From the sequence record NC_134263.1: a stretch of DNA of 64,000 nucleotides, one strand, 5' to 3'. Origin of the DNA: Escherichia phage T5_ev219. Positions within the stretch are counted from its first letter, which is position 1; each line of letters opens with the position of its first letter. The notes under the pieces were generated by a model that saw only the letters and a program-made list of their open reading frames with translations, searched no databases and was not told where the DNA came from. Both the position numbers and the translations under genes were made by a program. Positions 20,380-30,117 of this stretch are shown one piece after another.

Positions 20380-20803
20380 AGTTATTAATGGCCTCTAAGA
20401 AGTTTTTCATAGTTTTTACGGTTGCGGTGCTCAGATCAAGATTTACACCCAAACACTCGGTTAATGCTTCCTGATAAGGAGCCTTCAATCTGCCTTCCGG
20501 GACTTCTACCTTTTTATACTCTTTATTTTTGACCTTTTTAATCATAGTCTCTAGTACAAGAAGTGGTAATTTAGCACCTTCAATATCCGTACCCAAAAGT
20601 TCAGTTAAAATTTTATTAAGATCAAGACGAGTTAACTTTTTGCCCTTAGACATAGGTGCACCTACCTTTGTATCAATAGATTTTTCCGCTTTCTTTTCGA
20701 GCTTTTTGTACTCAGGAGAGTCATGATCACGGAGTGCAATGTTTAGCTCGTAATGTGGTATACGAAAATGTTCCGCCATTTGAGTGTAGAAACGATCAGA
20801 CAT
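20372..20803 (-). CDS. hypothetical protein
   Basis: 143-aa ORF. Confidence 0.5.
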   Translation of the reverse strand: MSDRFYTQMAEHFRIPHYELNIALRDHDSPEYKKLEKKAEKSIDTKVGAPMSKGKKLTRLDLNKILTELLGTDIEGAKLPLLVLETMIKKVKNKEYKKVEVPEGRLKAPYQEALTECLGVNLDLSTATVKTMKNFLEAINNYE

Positions 20804-20878
20804 AATATATACCTCTCTTAACTAATTTATGTATATATTATATAATAACTAGGGCTAAAAGTCAACTACTTTTTTATC

Positions 20879-21295
20879 TTAATCTACTGCATGTATAAAT
20901 CTTTTCCTAACTAGATACATAGTTATTGGATAAATTGAGTACATAAGTATCGGGGAGAAAAGGGTGAAATACGCTGTAACTCCCCCAGCTAACATCAAAG
21001 GTATTAATGCTAGAGTAAGGGCCATAAGAATCATACCGAATGAAACAGCCAAAGCTATGGATATAGGATTCTCTAGTTCCATCCATAACCAACAATATTT
21101 CGTATCTCTATGGCAATTGCATTTACAAACGCCGAATGAACCCATAATTATATACTCTAGTCCGTGAATAACCTTTATTAATAAGCTATTTCGGGTAGTT
21201 AATGCAAGGATAGTAAAGACTATCATTAAAACGAATACTACTAGACTTATTTTCCAGATACCTAGCAGCATCATAGTGAATAGTTCTGCAAACAT
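20879..21295 (-). CDS. integral membrane protein
   Basis: 138 aa, about four hydrophobic helices. Confidence 0.5.
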   Translation of the reverse strand: MFAELFTMMLLGIWKISLVVFVLMIVFTILALTTRNSLLIKVIHGLEYIIMGSFGVCKCNCHRDTKYCWLWMELENPISIALAVSFGMILMALTLALIPLMLAGGVTAYFTLFSPILMYSIYPITMYLVRKRFIHAVD

Positions 21296-21372
21296 GGCTT
21301 TCTCCTATCTTCAAAAATTATTAAAGCCCCCTTTGCCTAAAAAGGCGGGAATATTCCCGCCTCAGTTATTAA

Positions 21373-21786
21373 TTAAACTAGTTCGACATGACCGCCATCA
21401 TAGGTACCACGTTTTATTTCATCGTGATAATCTCCCGAAGCATTCCAATCAGCACCAAAGCGAAGTTTAATGCCTAGTTCTTTACCAGCTTGTTCAAAAG
21501 CCTTTTTAACTGCCCAAAATGCTTCTAAATCATTCCAATCAATTTTGCCATTAATGTATGGAGCAAAATCAAGGGCATCCCCAGTAATATGCTTGCTTTT
21601 ACTAGGATCTTTTAAAAATGAAGTACCATTAGCAATATTCTGGGCACTTTGTGCTACTGTACGAATACCCTGTACGATCGTGAAATCATATGGAGATAAT
21701 TCTAAAGCTCTACGAGCTACTTTTTGTAGCTCTGGCTTAACAGTAGCTAATTGTTTTTCGCTATTTTTACCAAATTTAAAACTCAT
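21373..21786 (-). CDS. lys: endolysin, L-alanyl-D-glutamate peptidase
   Basis: 137 aa; His/Asp metal ligands (H..D...GGH); directly downstream of holin-like gene. Confidence 0.8.
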   Translation of the reverse strand: MSFKFGKNSEKQLATVKPELQKVARRALELSPYDFTIVQGIRTVAQSAQNIANGTSFLKDPSKSKHITGDALDFAPYINGKIDWNDLEAFWAVKKAFEQAGKELGIKLRFGADWNASGDYHDEIKRGTYDGGHVELV

Positions 21787-22439
21787 ATTGATCTACCTAA
21801 AGATCTCTGTTGTGGGGAACAGAGCTTTGTTAAATACTCGTTAAATTTCTCAGAATCGGCTGCATCTACAGGATTATCTTTCCAAGCAATACCAATATAT
21901 CCAGCATAGATATTGTTTAGATTGAAATACGGACAAGTGTATATGTAATTAAAAGTAACGTTCTTAAACGCAGGTATATTTAACCCCATGTATTTATTTA
22001 CTTTTACACTTAAATCCGATGCGTAGTTAAAGCCTTCCAAGTGACGTCTATATAGCTCAGACGTTTTATTTACCGCTTTATCGGCCAAGTCAGCCCTATC
22101 TAATTGCGCATTGCTTTCCCATGCAATAATGTTAGAATAATCATTAATGGCATCGGGTTTATACTTGACGACAAAAACAGCATCCGCACCCGTTTGAGAA
22201 AAGAGTACCATGCTCTTCTCTCTAGCTACATTAGGAAAGTTATCTATCCTTTGAGTTTGAACATCCTGTAGAACCGCAGACGTGGAGAAAGTCTTTAAGA
22301 ATGACATCACCTCGCTAGTATTACTAACAAATAAGAAAATAATGACAGCAACTAAGATAGTTAGCAGACGTTTAAGAAGCGATGCTGGATCTTTCGCTTC
22401 TTGGAGCAGTACCGTTAATAATTGTAAGAACTTTTCCAA
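21783..22439 (-). CDS. hol: holin
   Basis: 218 aa, single N-terminal TM segment, overlaps endolysin start. Confidence 0.65.
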   Translation of the reverse strand: MEKFLQLLTVLLQEAKDPASLLKRLLTILVAVIIFLFVSNTSEVMSFLKTFSTSAVLQDVQTQRIDNFPNVAREKSMVLFSQTGADAVFVVKYKPDAINDYSNIIAWESNAQLDRADLADKAVNKTSELYRRHLEGFNYASDLSVKVNKYMGLNIPAFKNVTFNYIYTCPYFNLNNIYAGYIGIAWKDNPVDAADSEKFNEYLTKLCSPQQRSLGRSI

Positions 22440-22595
22440 TTGTAACCTCCTCTAACCAATACCATTATACTAATTTTGGAGGAAAATTACAATGTGTTTT
22501 TAAAGATCACTTCTGGAGCATAAAATTTTGTCGTTGTCAAGAAGAATTTTAGATAAAAGAAAAGCCAGGGTCGTTAAACCCTGGCTTAAAACTAC

Positions 22596-23195
22596 TTACT
22601 CTTCGTTGTGCTCCTCGAATTGAGGTAACTGGGCTTTATTATATTGCTCAGATCGATATTTTGCCAAGATTTCAATACGCTTATGGATTTCCTTGCTATC
22701 TAGATAGATATTTTTGTTGTCTTTTACCATCTCGTCGATTTCATCTATTGAGAAGAATGGATAGTAGACATCTAGCATCATATCTTCTACGAACTTGTTG
22801 TAAGATTCATAGGCTTTCTTGATTTCTTGACCTTTCTCACAGAATCCGCCAGAGAACGTGTGCCCCATTAGCGTAGCATGTGGATGTACTACCCATCCAT
22901 GACAAGATAGGAAAATTGTGCAGTAAGCAGAAGCACTAGGACCAATCAGGTGTCCTATAACTGTCCCACGGCAATTAGCAATTAAGTTAGATAACTGTGC
23001 GGCAGTATCAACATAACCACCAGGACCATTAATCATCAGATTAATTTCGTCGTCCTCATTTGCCTGCATAAGTACCATTGATAAATCACGGTATTCATCA
23101 GGTGGACCTAATTCTTCATCAAAGAAAAAGGTATACTCATTAGATTGGCGAATGGAGTGAAACAGGTTAGTCTTTTCTTCTTTTTTATTAGTCAT
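22596..23195 (-). CDS. ClpP-like serine protease
   Basis: 199 aa; INGPGG, GPSASAY (Ser) and HPHATLMGHTFSGG (His) align with ClpP catalytic motifs. Confidence 0.6.
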   Translation of the reverse strand: MTNKKEEKTNLFHSIRQSNEYTFFFDEELGPPDEYRDLSMVLMQANEDDEINLMINGPGGYVDTAAQLSNLIANCRGTVIGHLIGPSASAYCTIFLSCHGWVVHPHATLMGHTFSGGFCEKGQEIKKAYESYNKFVEDMMLDVYYPFFSIDEIDEMVKDNKNIYLDSKEIHKRIEILAKYRSEQYNKAQLPQFEEHNEE

Positions 23196-23207
23196 AGCGA
23201 TCCTTGA

Positions 23208-23960
23208 TTATCCAACTAGTGGTTCTAGCTCTAAGTCACAGAAGTTATAAACTTCTAGTTTAAGGTTATTGATACCATCGAATTTATTAACTAATTCGTG
23301 AGTAATATATTTTGCAGGAATACCACTTTCAGATGGATGATCTGATTTAATAGTGAACTTCTGCTCAGCGGGTACTACATTTACTATCAAAGAGTCCATA
23401 TCTAAATGGTTTGTTTCTCTGAGTAGCTCTCCTTCATTGGGGAATCTAACATCTGTTATTACGGCGACGTCTGGGTCGTCTTTAGCGATGGATTGCTCCA
23501 GAATTACGAGCCAAATGCGTTCATGCACCAGCTGCCTTCCTAGCTCTGTCCCTACGAGCTGTAACATTTTTCTCGGAGAAATAAATAAACTATAAAGTCC
23601 ATCTTCTTTAATCTCTGAGATAAGTTGTTGAGGATTAAGATATTTTTCCTCAAAAATAGGCCAAACGTACGAGAAGTCTTCAAACTTATCGATACCGTAC
23701 TTAAACCACACATCTCTGGCTCGCTCCAATTGAGATTGTGTGACCATAAACCATTGGTCAATCTCTTTTCCCTTGCGCTCTCCTAGAAACTCTGGAGTTA
23801 CACCGAGGATTACGGATGCAAGTTCATAAACGGGCTTAGCAAAACTATAACGACGGGGTAAACACGTTGGATACGTATCATTACACCAATCGATAATTAA
23901 TTTTGCAACGGTATCTTTTCCTGCACCTGCTTCGCCATGCAGACCCACTAGTACACTCAT
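23208..23960 (-). CDS. dnk: deoxynucleoside monophosphate kinase
   Basis: 250 aa; N-terminal P-loop GEAGAGKDT. Confidence 0.65.
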   Translation of the reverse strand: MSVLVGLHGEAGAGKDTVAKLIIDWCNDTYPTCLPRRYSFAKPVYELASVILGVTPEFLGERKGKEIDQWFMVTQSQLERARDVWFKYGIDKFEDFSYVWPIFEEKYLNPQQLISEIKEDGLYSLFISPRKMLQLVGTELGRQLVHERIWLVILEQSIAKDDPDVAVITDVRFPNEGELLRETNHLDMDSLIVNVVPAEQKFTIKSDHPSESGIPAKYITHELVNKFDGINNLKLEVYNFCDLELEPLVG

Positions 23961-24493
23961 TTATTAAGTTCCTCTAAAGTTGGTAAAGATTTTGTAGAAT
24001 CAAAAGTTTCTATAACAGCATTTTCACCGTGCAATTGTAAACGAAGTTCATTGGCTCTTTTAACGGCGGATCCTAGATATAGGTAATCAAAGTGACCTCC
24101 GTATATATTATTACCCTTAGAATTAGCAACGTTTACTTCCCACTTCTGGTCACGTTTCTTCCAGCTAACTCCTAGATAACCAGATTTACTTCTGGCAGCT
24201 TTATTTCTCTGGTTTTCTTGGTTATTGGACTCTCTAAGATTTAGCCAACGATTGTCACCACCTACGCGGTTTATGTGATCCACCATCTCAGGAAAATAGC
24301 CCTCCATATAAAGGAATGCTAGCTGATGTGCTAGGTAAGGTTTTCCATCTACCTTTATTTGTATATACCCATCTTTCCTAAGTGTACCTGCAATATTACC
24401 CGCTTTTTGATTACCAACACTCACTAATCTAGTAAATAATCCAGTATCAGGGGTATATTCAAGTAATTCCTTTAATCTTTCTTGTGTCACCAC
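23957..24493 (-). CDS. HNH homing endonuclease with AP2-like domain (paralog 2)
   Basis: 178 aa; near-identical termini to 16517..17053. Confidence 0.75.
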   Translation of the reverse strand: MVTQERLKELLEYTPDTGLFTRLVSVGNQKAGNIAGTLRKDGYIQIKVDGKPYLAHQLAFLYMEGYFPEMVDHINRVGGDNRWLNLRESNNQENQRNKAARSKSGYLGVSWKKRDQKWEVNVANSKGNNIYGGHFDYLYLGSAVKRANELRLQLHGENAVIETFDSTKSLPTLEELNK

Positions 24494-24494
24494 A

Positions 24495-24848
24495 TTAATC
24501 TTTCCTATTGTTAATTGGTGGATAATATACTAAACAACGTTTTTCTTGCAAATCTTGGCGATAGAAGCAAACCATACTTGTCAGTCGTGAAATATATGAA
24601 TATTCTGCCTCACGGCATTTTGCCAACATATTCCAATCTTTATATGGTACAACAACTACTACGCCATCTTCCCCATTTGTAGCTAATTTCTTTTCAAACT
24701 TAAAGTCAAAGCTACAAGGTTGAAGTCCTTTAGGCCAGTCTACATGAGCTGTTGGTAGCTCATGTGTGGGTTCTGACTCTATTTCTTGTGCACAGCCTGT
24801 GATTGTGATTGCGGCTGCGAGCAGTATTCCAAGTTTCCAGTTAAACAT
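24495..24848 (-). CDS. lipoprotein (possible o-spanin)
   Basis: 117 aa; signal peptide with lipobox ITGC; 5' end overlaps upstream TM/coiled-coil gene. Confidence 0.45.
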   Translation of the reverse strand: MFNWKLGILLAAAITITGCAQEIESEPTHELPTAHVDWPKGLQPCSFDFKFEKKLATNGEDGVVVVVPYKDWNMLAKCREAEYSYISRLTSMVCFYRQDLQEKRCLVYYPPINNRKD

Positions 24849-25228
24849 GCTAATCTTTCCTCGAACTCCTTACTCTGCTTTTTAGCAATTAATGTTACCA
24901 ATCCAGGCTTTGCGGCTATAATATCTTGGCGGTTAAGTGCTTTATCAAGCTGACCAATTTTCTTATCTAAGTCTGCTTGAGAAATATTGTTCATCGTGAA
25001 ATACTGATTCATTCTAGTCTCACGAAGTTCGCTTTCAGCTTTCACCTTGTTAAGGGAAGTCTCTAGAGAAGAGATCTTTTTAGTAGCTACCGCAAGATCT
25101 CCCGCCAAAGTCTCCACTTTATTTATTAAGTGATAAGCACCGAACCCGATGCCTATCGCTAGACCTGCTCCCAGGATATACCACTTACCGCGCCATATTC
25201 CTGAAAGAAGTTTTTGTATCAAATCCAT
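24779..25228 (-). CDS. membrane-anchored coiled-coil protein (possible i-spanin)
   Basis: 149 aa; N-terminal TM then coiled-coil region. Confidence 0.45.
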   Translation of the reverse strand: MDLIQKLLSGIWRGKWYILGAGLAIGIGFGAYHLINKVETLAGDLAVATKKISSLETSLNKVKAESELRETRMNQYFTMNNISQADLDKKIGQLDKALNRQDIIAAKPGLVTLIAKKQSKEFEERLACLTGNLEYCSQPQSQSQAVHKK

Positions 25229-25883
25229 GCGCTGCTAACCTGTCTTTATCTGATACTTTAATCATATCAGGCTCACCAGTTCCTAGTACACCGAAGATAT
25301 ACTGTTCGAGAACTTGGTGTAAACGGTATAAGTTACTTTCAATTTCCTGCCACGGAATACCTGACTGATGGAAACGAATGTTAGTCTGAATCACGAAGTT
25401 ACGAACATCATCGTTATCGTTCTTTTTAATACCTTTCACATATGCAATCGGTACACGCAGTTCGGATAAGATACGTTCTGCTTTAGGTTTTGCTTCAGCG
25501 AGCAAATCACGCATTGTTTCACGAACATCTCCGCGACTCTTATCCATTAAGTAAGAGCGAACATGCAATCCCATCTCTTCCATTTTATCGAACATAGTGT
25601 CGAGATTAAACGTTTTGAAGCTAAATGCTGGATGCCAGCAGTACAGCTCGTGTAACCAATAAACTTCACCTGCAACAAATAGTGGGTTTACAAAATATTC
25701 GAAATCACCACGGAAGGATAGCGAACCATCACGAAATACCTGGCGAGTATGCACAATGTTCTTTTCTGCATCATCGGTTACTTTGACCAGCAACTCTTCA
25801 GTTTTACGTTCCCAAACACGATCTGGGTCGAACAAACTGTTCTGCAAATCATAAACATCGGCGAACTTAGAAATAATCCTCAT
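25185..25883 (-). CDS. hypothetical protein
   Basis: 232-aa ORF behind a family promoter. Confidence 0.6.
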   Translation of the reverse strand: MRIISKFADVYDLQNSLFDPDRVWERKTEELLVKVTDDAEKNIVHTRQVFRDGSLSFRGDFEYFVNPLFVAGEVYWLHELYCWHPAFSFKTFNLDTMFDKMEEMGLHVRSYLMDKSRGDVRETMRDLLAEAKPKAERILSELRVPIAYVKGIKKNDNDDVRNFVIQTNIRFHQSGIPWQEIESNLYRLHQVLEQYIFGVLGTGEPDMIKVSDKDRLAAHGFDTKTSFRNMAR

Positions 25884-25914
25884 ATTTAATCCTCTTGCCT
25901 CAATCTATAAACAT

Positions 25915-25943
25915 ATTATACAAAAGTTTGGGCATCTAAGCAA
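25915..25943 (-). promoter_or_regulatory. sigma70-type promoter of the conserved family
   Basis: TTGCTT, 17 bp, TATAAT on minus strand. Confidence 0.55.
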
Positions 25944-26037
25944 CTAAAATTTTATTATAAAAATAGCCCAGTCGCAAAAGTGCAGGCTGGGCTTTGTCAT
26001 TATTTGCTTTTGCTAGTAAGTTGATTTAGTATCAATC

Positions 26038-26418
26038 TTATGTAATATTAGTTTCTCTGGCTTTGCGTAGTACCCCTGCATTTCTCCACAATTTGATGTC
26101 AGCAACTGTTTCTTTATATGGAGCAATGGTAGAACCAATTGGGCCAGCAACTAATAGTCCAAAGAACCCTACAATACGCATGTAGAACAAGCATTCTTTG
26201 GCTGTCATATTATTTACTGCTTTTTTCTGCTTTTCATCTTTAAACTTCTGTTCTTGATCATCAATACGTAGATACTTAACAAACCATTCAGCAGAGTATT
26301 CGTCCAAATGTCTAATAATAGCTATCGCATATACAGCACCGATTAAAAACCAAGTTGCAACAAGAATTAGTAATATAGTCATATTATCTCCAGTTAGGGC
26401 TAGCAGCCACCTCACCAC
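26038..26418 (-). CDS. membrane protein
   Basis: 126 aa, hydrophobic helices. Confidence 0.5.
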   Translation of the reverse strand: MVRWLLALTGDNMTILLILVATWFLIGAVYAIAIIRHLDEYSAEWFVKYLRIDDQEQKFKDEKQKKAVNNMTAKECLFYMRIVGFFGLLVAGPIGSTIAPYKETVADIKLWRNAGVLRKARETNIT

Positions 26419-26492
26419 TTACCGCACTAAGGGGCACGACTCCCTTATCCGTAACAGTTGCAGGTGACGCAACTCGGTCCTACGCGAGTTCT

Positions 26493-26777
26493 TTAGGTAT
26501 TCTGCATTTCAGCTTTAAATTTTTTCATATTACGAGTCTTTCTATAAAAGAAAAACACAGATGTTGGGCCTAGAAGAATATCCACAATAAATATCATAGA
26601 TCTAGCACATCTGAGTAATGTTTTATCATCAAGAGGAGGCAGATCTAACGGTCGAGTTTTATGTATAACGTATAATATTACATCTTTATTCTTAGAAATA
26701 TACAGATCATCAACCAAGCTGTAAATAGCTACTATAGATCCAATGACGAACCAAAGAGCAAATGGAGAGATAATCAT
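26493..26777 (-). CDS. small membrane protein
   Basis: 94 aa. Confidence 0.45.
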   Translation of the reverse strand: MIISPFALWFVIGSIVAIYSLVDDLYISKNKDVILYVIHKTRPLDLPPLDDKTLLRCARSMIFIVDILLGPTSVFFFYRKTRNMKKFKAEMQNT

Positions 26778-27112
26778 TTCAGATCCTTTTCATTAATTAG
26801 AATATTTGTAAACAGTGGAGTAAATCCTAGACTCATAGTAGGTCCAAACGTATTCATGGCTACCCACAATTGCATAGTGATCATCCCATCTTTAATCTCT
26901 GGATCTTTATATTCTTCGATACGTTTTTTGGCAAAGGCAACTACATCTGGGTTATTTTTATTTTTCTGGATATAGTCATGCCAAAACTGGGCATTCTCAC
27001 TACGTAGGAATGTTAAAATATCCTTAGTTGCTGGGATCTGCACTGTGCTATTAATATTTAGTCTTTTCACGTTCTTTTCCATGTTACTCTTCTCCTTCAA
27101 AGTCGCAATCAT
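26774..27112 (-). CDS. hypothetical protein
   Basis: 112-aa ORF. Confidence 0.5.
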   Translation of the reverse strand: MIATLKEKSNMEKNVKRLNINSTVQIPATKDILTFLRSENAQFWHDYIQKNKNNPDVVAFAKKRIEEYKDPEIKDGMITMQLWVAMNTFGPTMSLGFTPLFTNILINEKDLK

Positions 27113-27386
27113 AACGACAAGTAAAAGAATCAGAACTATTAGTACGTTGAGTGGTTATTTCACCGCGTTTGCTAATAGTAACGGCTGGAGTAGAGAAGTT
27201 TTTGTTAGTGTATATTTCTACTTTACCATTACGTTCCTTAACATCACGTACTTTACCATACTCGGTAATAATGCCGTTCTGTTGGACTTTAACATTACCA
27301 TTTTTCATAGAAACTTTGGTAGATGCCAGAGAACCGAAACTAACTGCGGAGATCATCAGTGCAATAATAAACTTATTCATCTTCAT
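27084..27386 (-). CDS. small secreted protein
   Basis: Track ORF trimmed to MKMNKF start, which overlaps the upstream stop; N-terminal signal-peptide-like segment. Confidence 0.45.
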   Translation of the reverse strand: MKMNKFIIALMISAVSFGSLASTKVSMKNGNVKVQQNGIITEYGKVRDVKERNGKVEIYTNKNFSTPAVTISKRGEITTQRTNSSDSFTCRYDCDFEGEE

Positions 27387-27654
27387 CCTCCCCACTACAA
27401 TCACGACATACATCATAATCGTTGAAAGAACGTTCGTGAGCTTCACCCCACCAAGAACAAGAATCGCAGAGGAACATTTCGGTTTTCTCAAGTGCTTGGC
27501 CTAAAAGATCATCAGCTTCCTCAGCAGTAATCTTCAATCCACATACATCTGCCACACGTTCTTTAATTAAGCGACCTGCCTCATGGTAAGACATACAGGT
27601 TCCAACAACACTATGCTCGACAACGTGAATAGCACAGTCTAGGCGATTTTTCAT
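27373..27654 (-). CDS. Cys-rich small protein (zinc-ribbon-like)
   Basis: 93 aa; CDSC...CRDC pairs. Confidence 0.5.
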   Translation of the reverse strand: MKNRLDCAIHVVEHSVVGTCMSYHEAGRLIKERVADVCGLKITAEEADDLLGQALEKTEMFLCDSCSWWGEAHERSFNDYDVCRDCSGEDEDE

Positions 27655-27683
27655 TTCAAACCTCTCTCATCAATTTATAAATA

Positions 27684-27712
27684 TATTATAGCAAGAAAAG
27701 AGAGGTTTAGCA
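27684..27712 (-). promoter_or_regulatory. sigma70-type promoter of the conserved family
   Basis: TTGCTA, 17 bp, TATAAT on minus strand. Confidence 0.55.
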
Positions 27713-27730
27713 AATGAATTATTTCAGAAT

Positions 27731-28078
27731 TTAGTCATAGCACCACCATAATCCACGCTTACGCATGTCATGATCGCGATTATAGTCGTAATTTTCTGGA
27801 TCTTTCATCACGCGGTGGAGTTCTTGACGATTCCCTTGACGAACCATTTTATTAGAGTGCCACTTAACATTCTTACTAATGGAATTCCAGTTATAACCAT
27901 CCTTTTTCTCATTACGAATGGTTGCTTCCTTCATTTCCTGTTCTACATCATCCCAGGATTTAGCATAAATAACACGAATCCAGTAGCCATTTTCTTTGAG
28001 GAAAGAATATTCTTGAGAGAATTGTTCTTTAGACTTCCACCACTGATCACCAGATTGTCTACGATAAGTACGGCTCAT
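27731..28078 (-). CDS. hypothetical protein
   Basis: 115-aa ORF, Trp-rich. Confidence 0.5.
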   Translation of the reverse strand: MSRTYRRQSGDQWWKSKEQFSQEYSFLKENGYWIRVIYAKSWDDVEQEMKEATIRNEKKDGYNWNSISKNVKWHSNKMVRQGNRQELHRVMKDPENYDYNRDHDMRKRGLWWCYD

Positions 28079-28199
28079 ATTACCTCCATTAAGTCTTTTA
28101 AATTAACCTAATGTGGATGAATTTTATTATACATAAACTATTTTCCTGTACACAGAAAAACCCCAGACTACTTATTCAATAGCTGGGGTTTGTTATTAA

Positions 28200-28514
28200 T
28201 TACAGATCGGGGCGTTCATCTTCGAAACAGCCTGAGCTAATTCCTTCTCCGAATCCTACAAAGCCATCAAATTCGTCATTTGAGATGCCCATAATCATTG
28301 CTTCCATTTTCCTAATTTCCGAGGTTTTCATACCTGCTTTACTATTCTTAAAGTGTTTGCGAGGGTTCCCACACATCCAACAAGAACAGATGCAAGGAGT
28401 AGTAGTGATAATACCTAACCGTTTAGGGCTTTCTTCATGTGGGAAGACTGTCCAATACTTCTTGCGGTTGTTCTTTACACGTTGCCGGTGATGGCGTCTT
28501 AATGCTCGATCCAC
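28200..28514 (-). CDS. hypothetical Cys-containing protein
   Basis: 104 aa; CICSCWMCGN cluster. Confidence 0.45.
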   Translation of the reverse strand: MDRALRRHHRQRVKNNRKKYWTVFPHEESPKRLGIITTTPCICSCWMCGNPRKHFKNSKAGMKTSEIRKMEAMIMGISNDEFDGFVGFGEGISSGCFEDERPDL

Positions 28515-28595
28515 ACATTTCTCCTAAAACTTGGGAGATAAATGGAGTTTGCTCGACTACCTTACGTAGTTCGTAGAAACCGTATCCAAGCCCCA

Positions 28596-28964
28596 TTACA
28601 TCGCCTGAGTAAATGTACGACTAATAACGTCGTTCTGCTGTTCACGCGTCAGTGAGTTAAAACGTACAGCATACCCTGAAACACGGATAGTTAATTGAGG
28701 GTATTTTTCAGGATGTTTCTGTGCATCCAAAAGCTGATCACGACTTAACACATTGACATTTAGGTGCTGACCACCTTCAATTTGAGGGGCGACTTCCACC
28801 TTGACTTCACGGAAGGATTCGGGGTCAAAATGGGGTGTGATACTTTCTAGATCCTCAACCAGAACTTTTTGTTTAAGTTCGCCATTTTTAGAGTACAGTT
28901 GAATAATCTGATTATCATGAACAAGATTAATTACGCCAGACTTAAGATTTTGATATGCTTTCAT
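28596..28964 (-). CDS. autonomous glycyl-radical cofactor, GrcA/YfiD-like
   Basis: 122 aa; C-terminal [11 protein letters not shown]...[23 protein letters not shown] matches the GrcA glycyl-radical domain as recalled. Confidence 0.7.
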   Translation of the reverse strand: MKAYQNLKSGVINLVHDNQIIQLYSKNGELKQKVLVEDLESITPHFDPESFREVKVEVAPQIEGGQHLNVNVLSRDQLLDAQKHPEKYPQLTIRVSGYAVRFNSLTREQQNDVISRTFTQAM

Positions 28965-29006
28965 TAGCTCTCCCCGATGTTAGAAATTGGCTCAGCTCTT
29001 TATTCT

Positions 29007-29201
29007 TTATAGTTTACCACGATATACAGAAACTGTCTTACCAGTTTGGTTCATAACGTATGCTACTTCATCTTCTTTTAAGAAGATTGCTTGATCTATT
29101 CCAGAAATAGCTATGCTTTTATTTCTGGGATTAAACCCTACGCTTTTACCAACATGAATCTGCTCACCACCATCAGTGGACATTATTTTAACTGTTAACA
29201 T
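29007..29201 (-). CDS. hypothetical protein
   Basis: 64-aa ORF. Confidence 0.4.
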   Translation of the reverse strand: MLTVKIMSTDGGEQIHVGKSVGFNPRNKSIAISGIDQAIFLKEDEVAYVMNQTGKTVSVYRGKL

Positions 29202-29238
29202 AATTGCTCCTATATTTAGCTATCTCTAGCTCTGTTAA

Positions 29239-29315
29239 TGGTAGTTAGTAGTGGATTTGAACCACTGTAGTCGCTCCGTATGAAGGAGGTGCATAACCAC
29301 TCTGCCAACTAACTA
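29239..29315 (-). tRNA. tRNA with CAT anticodon (Met, fMet or Ile-lysidine)
   Basis: Manual cloverleaf; loop TTCATAC; CCA encoded. Confidence 0.65.
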
Positions 29316-29409
29316 TTATGTTTTATTAGACTAAGTAAGTATTCTTTATACTCTATAGACCAATTAGCTTTTTTAAACTTTCCTGGACGCATAGTCTTAA
29401 TTCCTAAAT

Positions 29410-29486
29410 TTGGTACTCCGGGAGGGATTTAAACCCCCGATCTCTCGGTTATCAGCCGAGTGCTTTAGATCGCTAAGCTACCGAAG
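29410..29486 (-). tRNA. tRNA-Ile (GAT)
   Basis: Manual cloverleaf; anticodon loop CTGATAA; CCA encoded. Confidence 0.7.
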
Positions 29487-29502
29487 CATTAGAATATTTA
29501 CA

Positions 29503-29793
29503 TCATACACTGTCTAAATAAGAAGTATAATGGAATTTAGCTTCTCCAGTCTTATCTATTTCTACCTCAGTTCGTGGTACTTGACGAACTACACCATGAA
29601 TCATCTTATAGCGAATGCCTTTAGCTGGTTCATGATCTTTTGGAAATACCTGTTTAACCGTTACTACTTTATACTCTTCACGCGGTGTTAACACAACTAC
29701 TTGATCACCTTCTTTGATTTTCCAAGAAGATGGAAATTCATAGGTATATCTTTGACCACCAGTTTGGAATACTACAGAAAGATAACGCTTCAT
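29503..29793 (-). CDS. hypothetical protein
   Basis: 96-aa ORF between tRNA genes. Confidence 0.5.
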   Translation of the reverse strand: MKRYLSVVFQTGGQRYTYEFPSSWKIKEGDQVVVLTPREEYKVVTVKQVFPKDHEPAKGIRYKMIHGVVRQVPRTEVEIDKTGEAKFHYTSYLDSV

Positions 29794-29823
29794 TTGGTTT
29801 CCCTCTCATTAATTTATATAAAT

Positions 29824-29853
29824 ATTATAACAAGAAATAAGAGAGAAGGCAAA
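29824..29853 (-). promoter_or_regulatory. sigma70-type promoter of the conserved family
   Basis: TTGCCT, about 18 bp, TATAAT on minus strand. Confidence 0.5.
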
Positions 29854-29867
29854 TGAATTTTTAAATT

Positions 29868-29942
29868 TGGTGCTCCCACCAGGAATCGAACCCGGTTCAG
29901 ATGCTTACAAGGCAACTGCATCGCCAGCAATGCTTTAGGAGC
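29868..29942 (-). tRNA. tRNA-Thr (TGT)
   Basis: Manual cloverleaf; loop CTTGTAA. Confidence 0.65.
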
Positions 29943-29952
29943 GATAATCCCA

Positions 29953-30117
29953 TTATTTCAACGGGATTTCTTTTTCAATAACAGGAGACTTATCAGTCAT
30001 AACTGTCATTGCCATTTGTTGTAGAAATTCAAAGGTGAAGGCTACACGTTCTTCACCAATCTCTACTTCTACACGTTTCTTTTGTTTATCGATCTTGACT
30101 TTTAGGTTATCAGCCAT
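29953..30117 (-). CDS. small hypothetical protein
   Basis: 54-aa ORF below the track cutoff. Confidence 0.35.
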   Translation of the reverse strand: MADNLKVKIDKQKKRVEVEIGEERVAFTFEFLQQMAMTVMTDKSPVIEKEIPLK

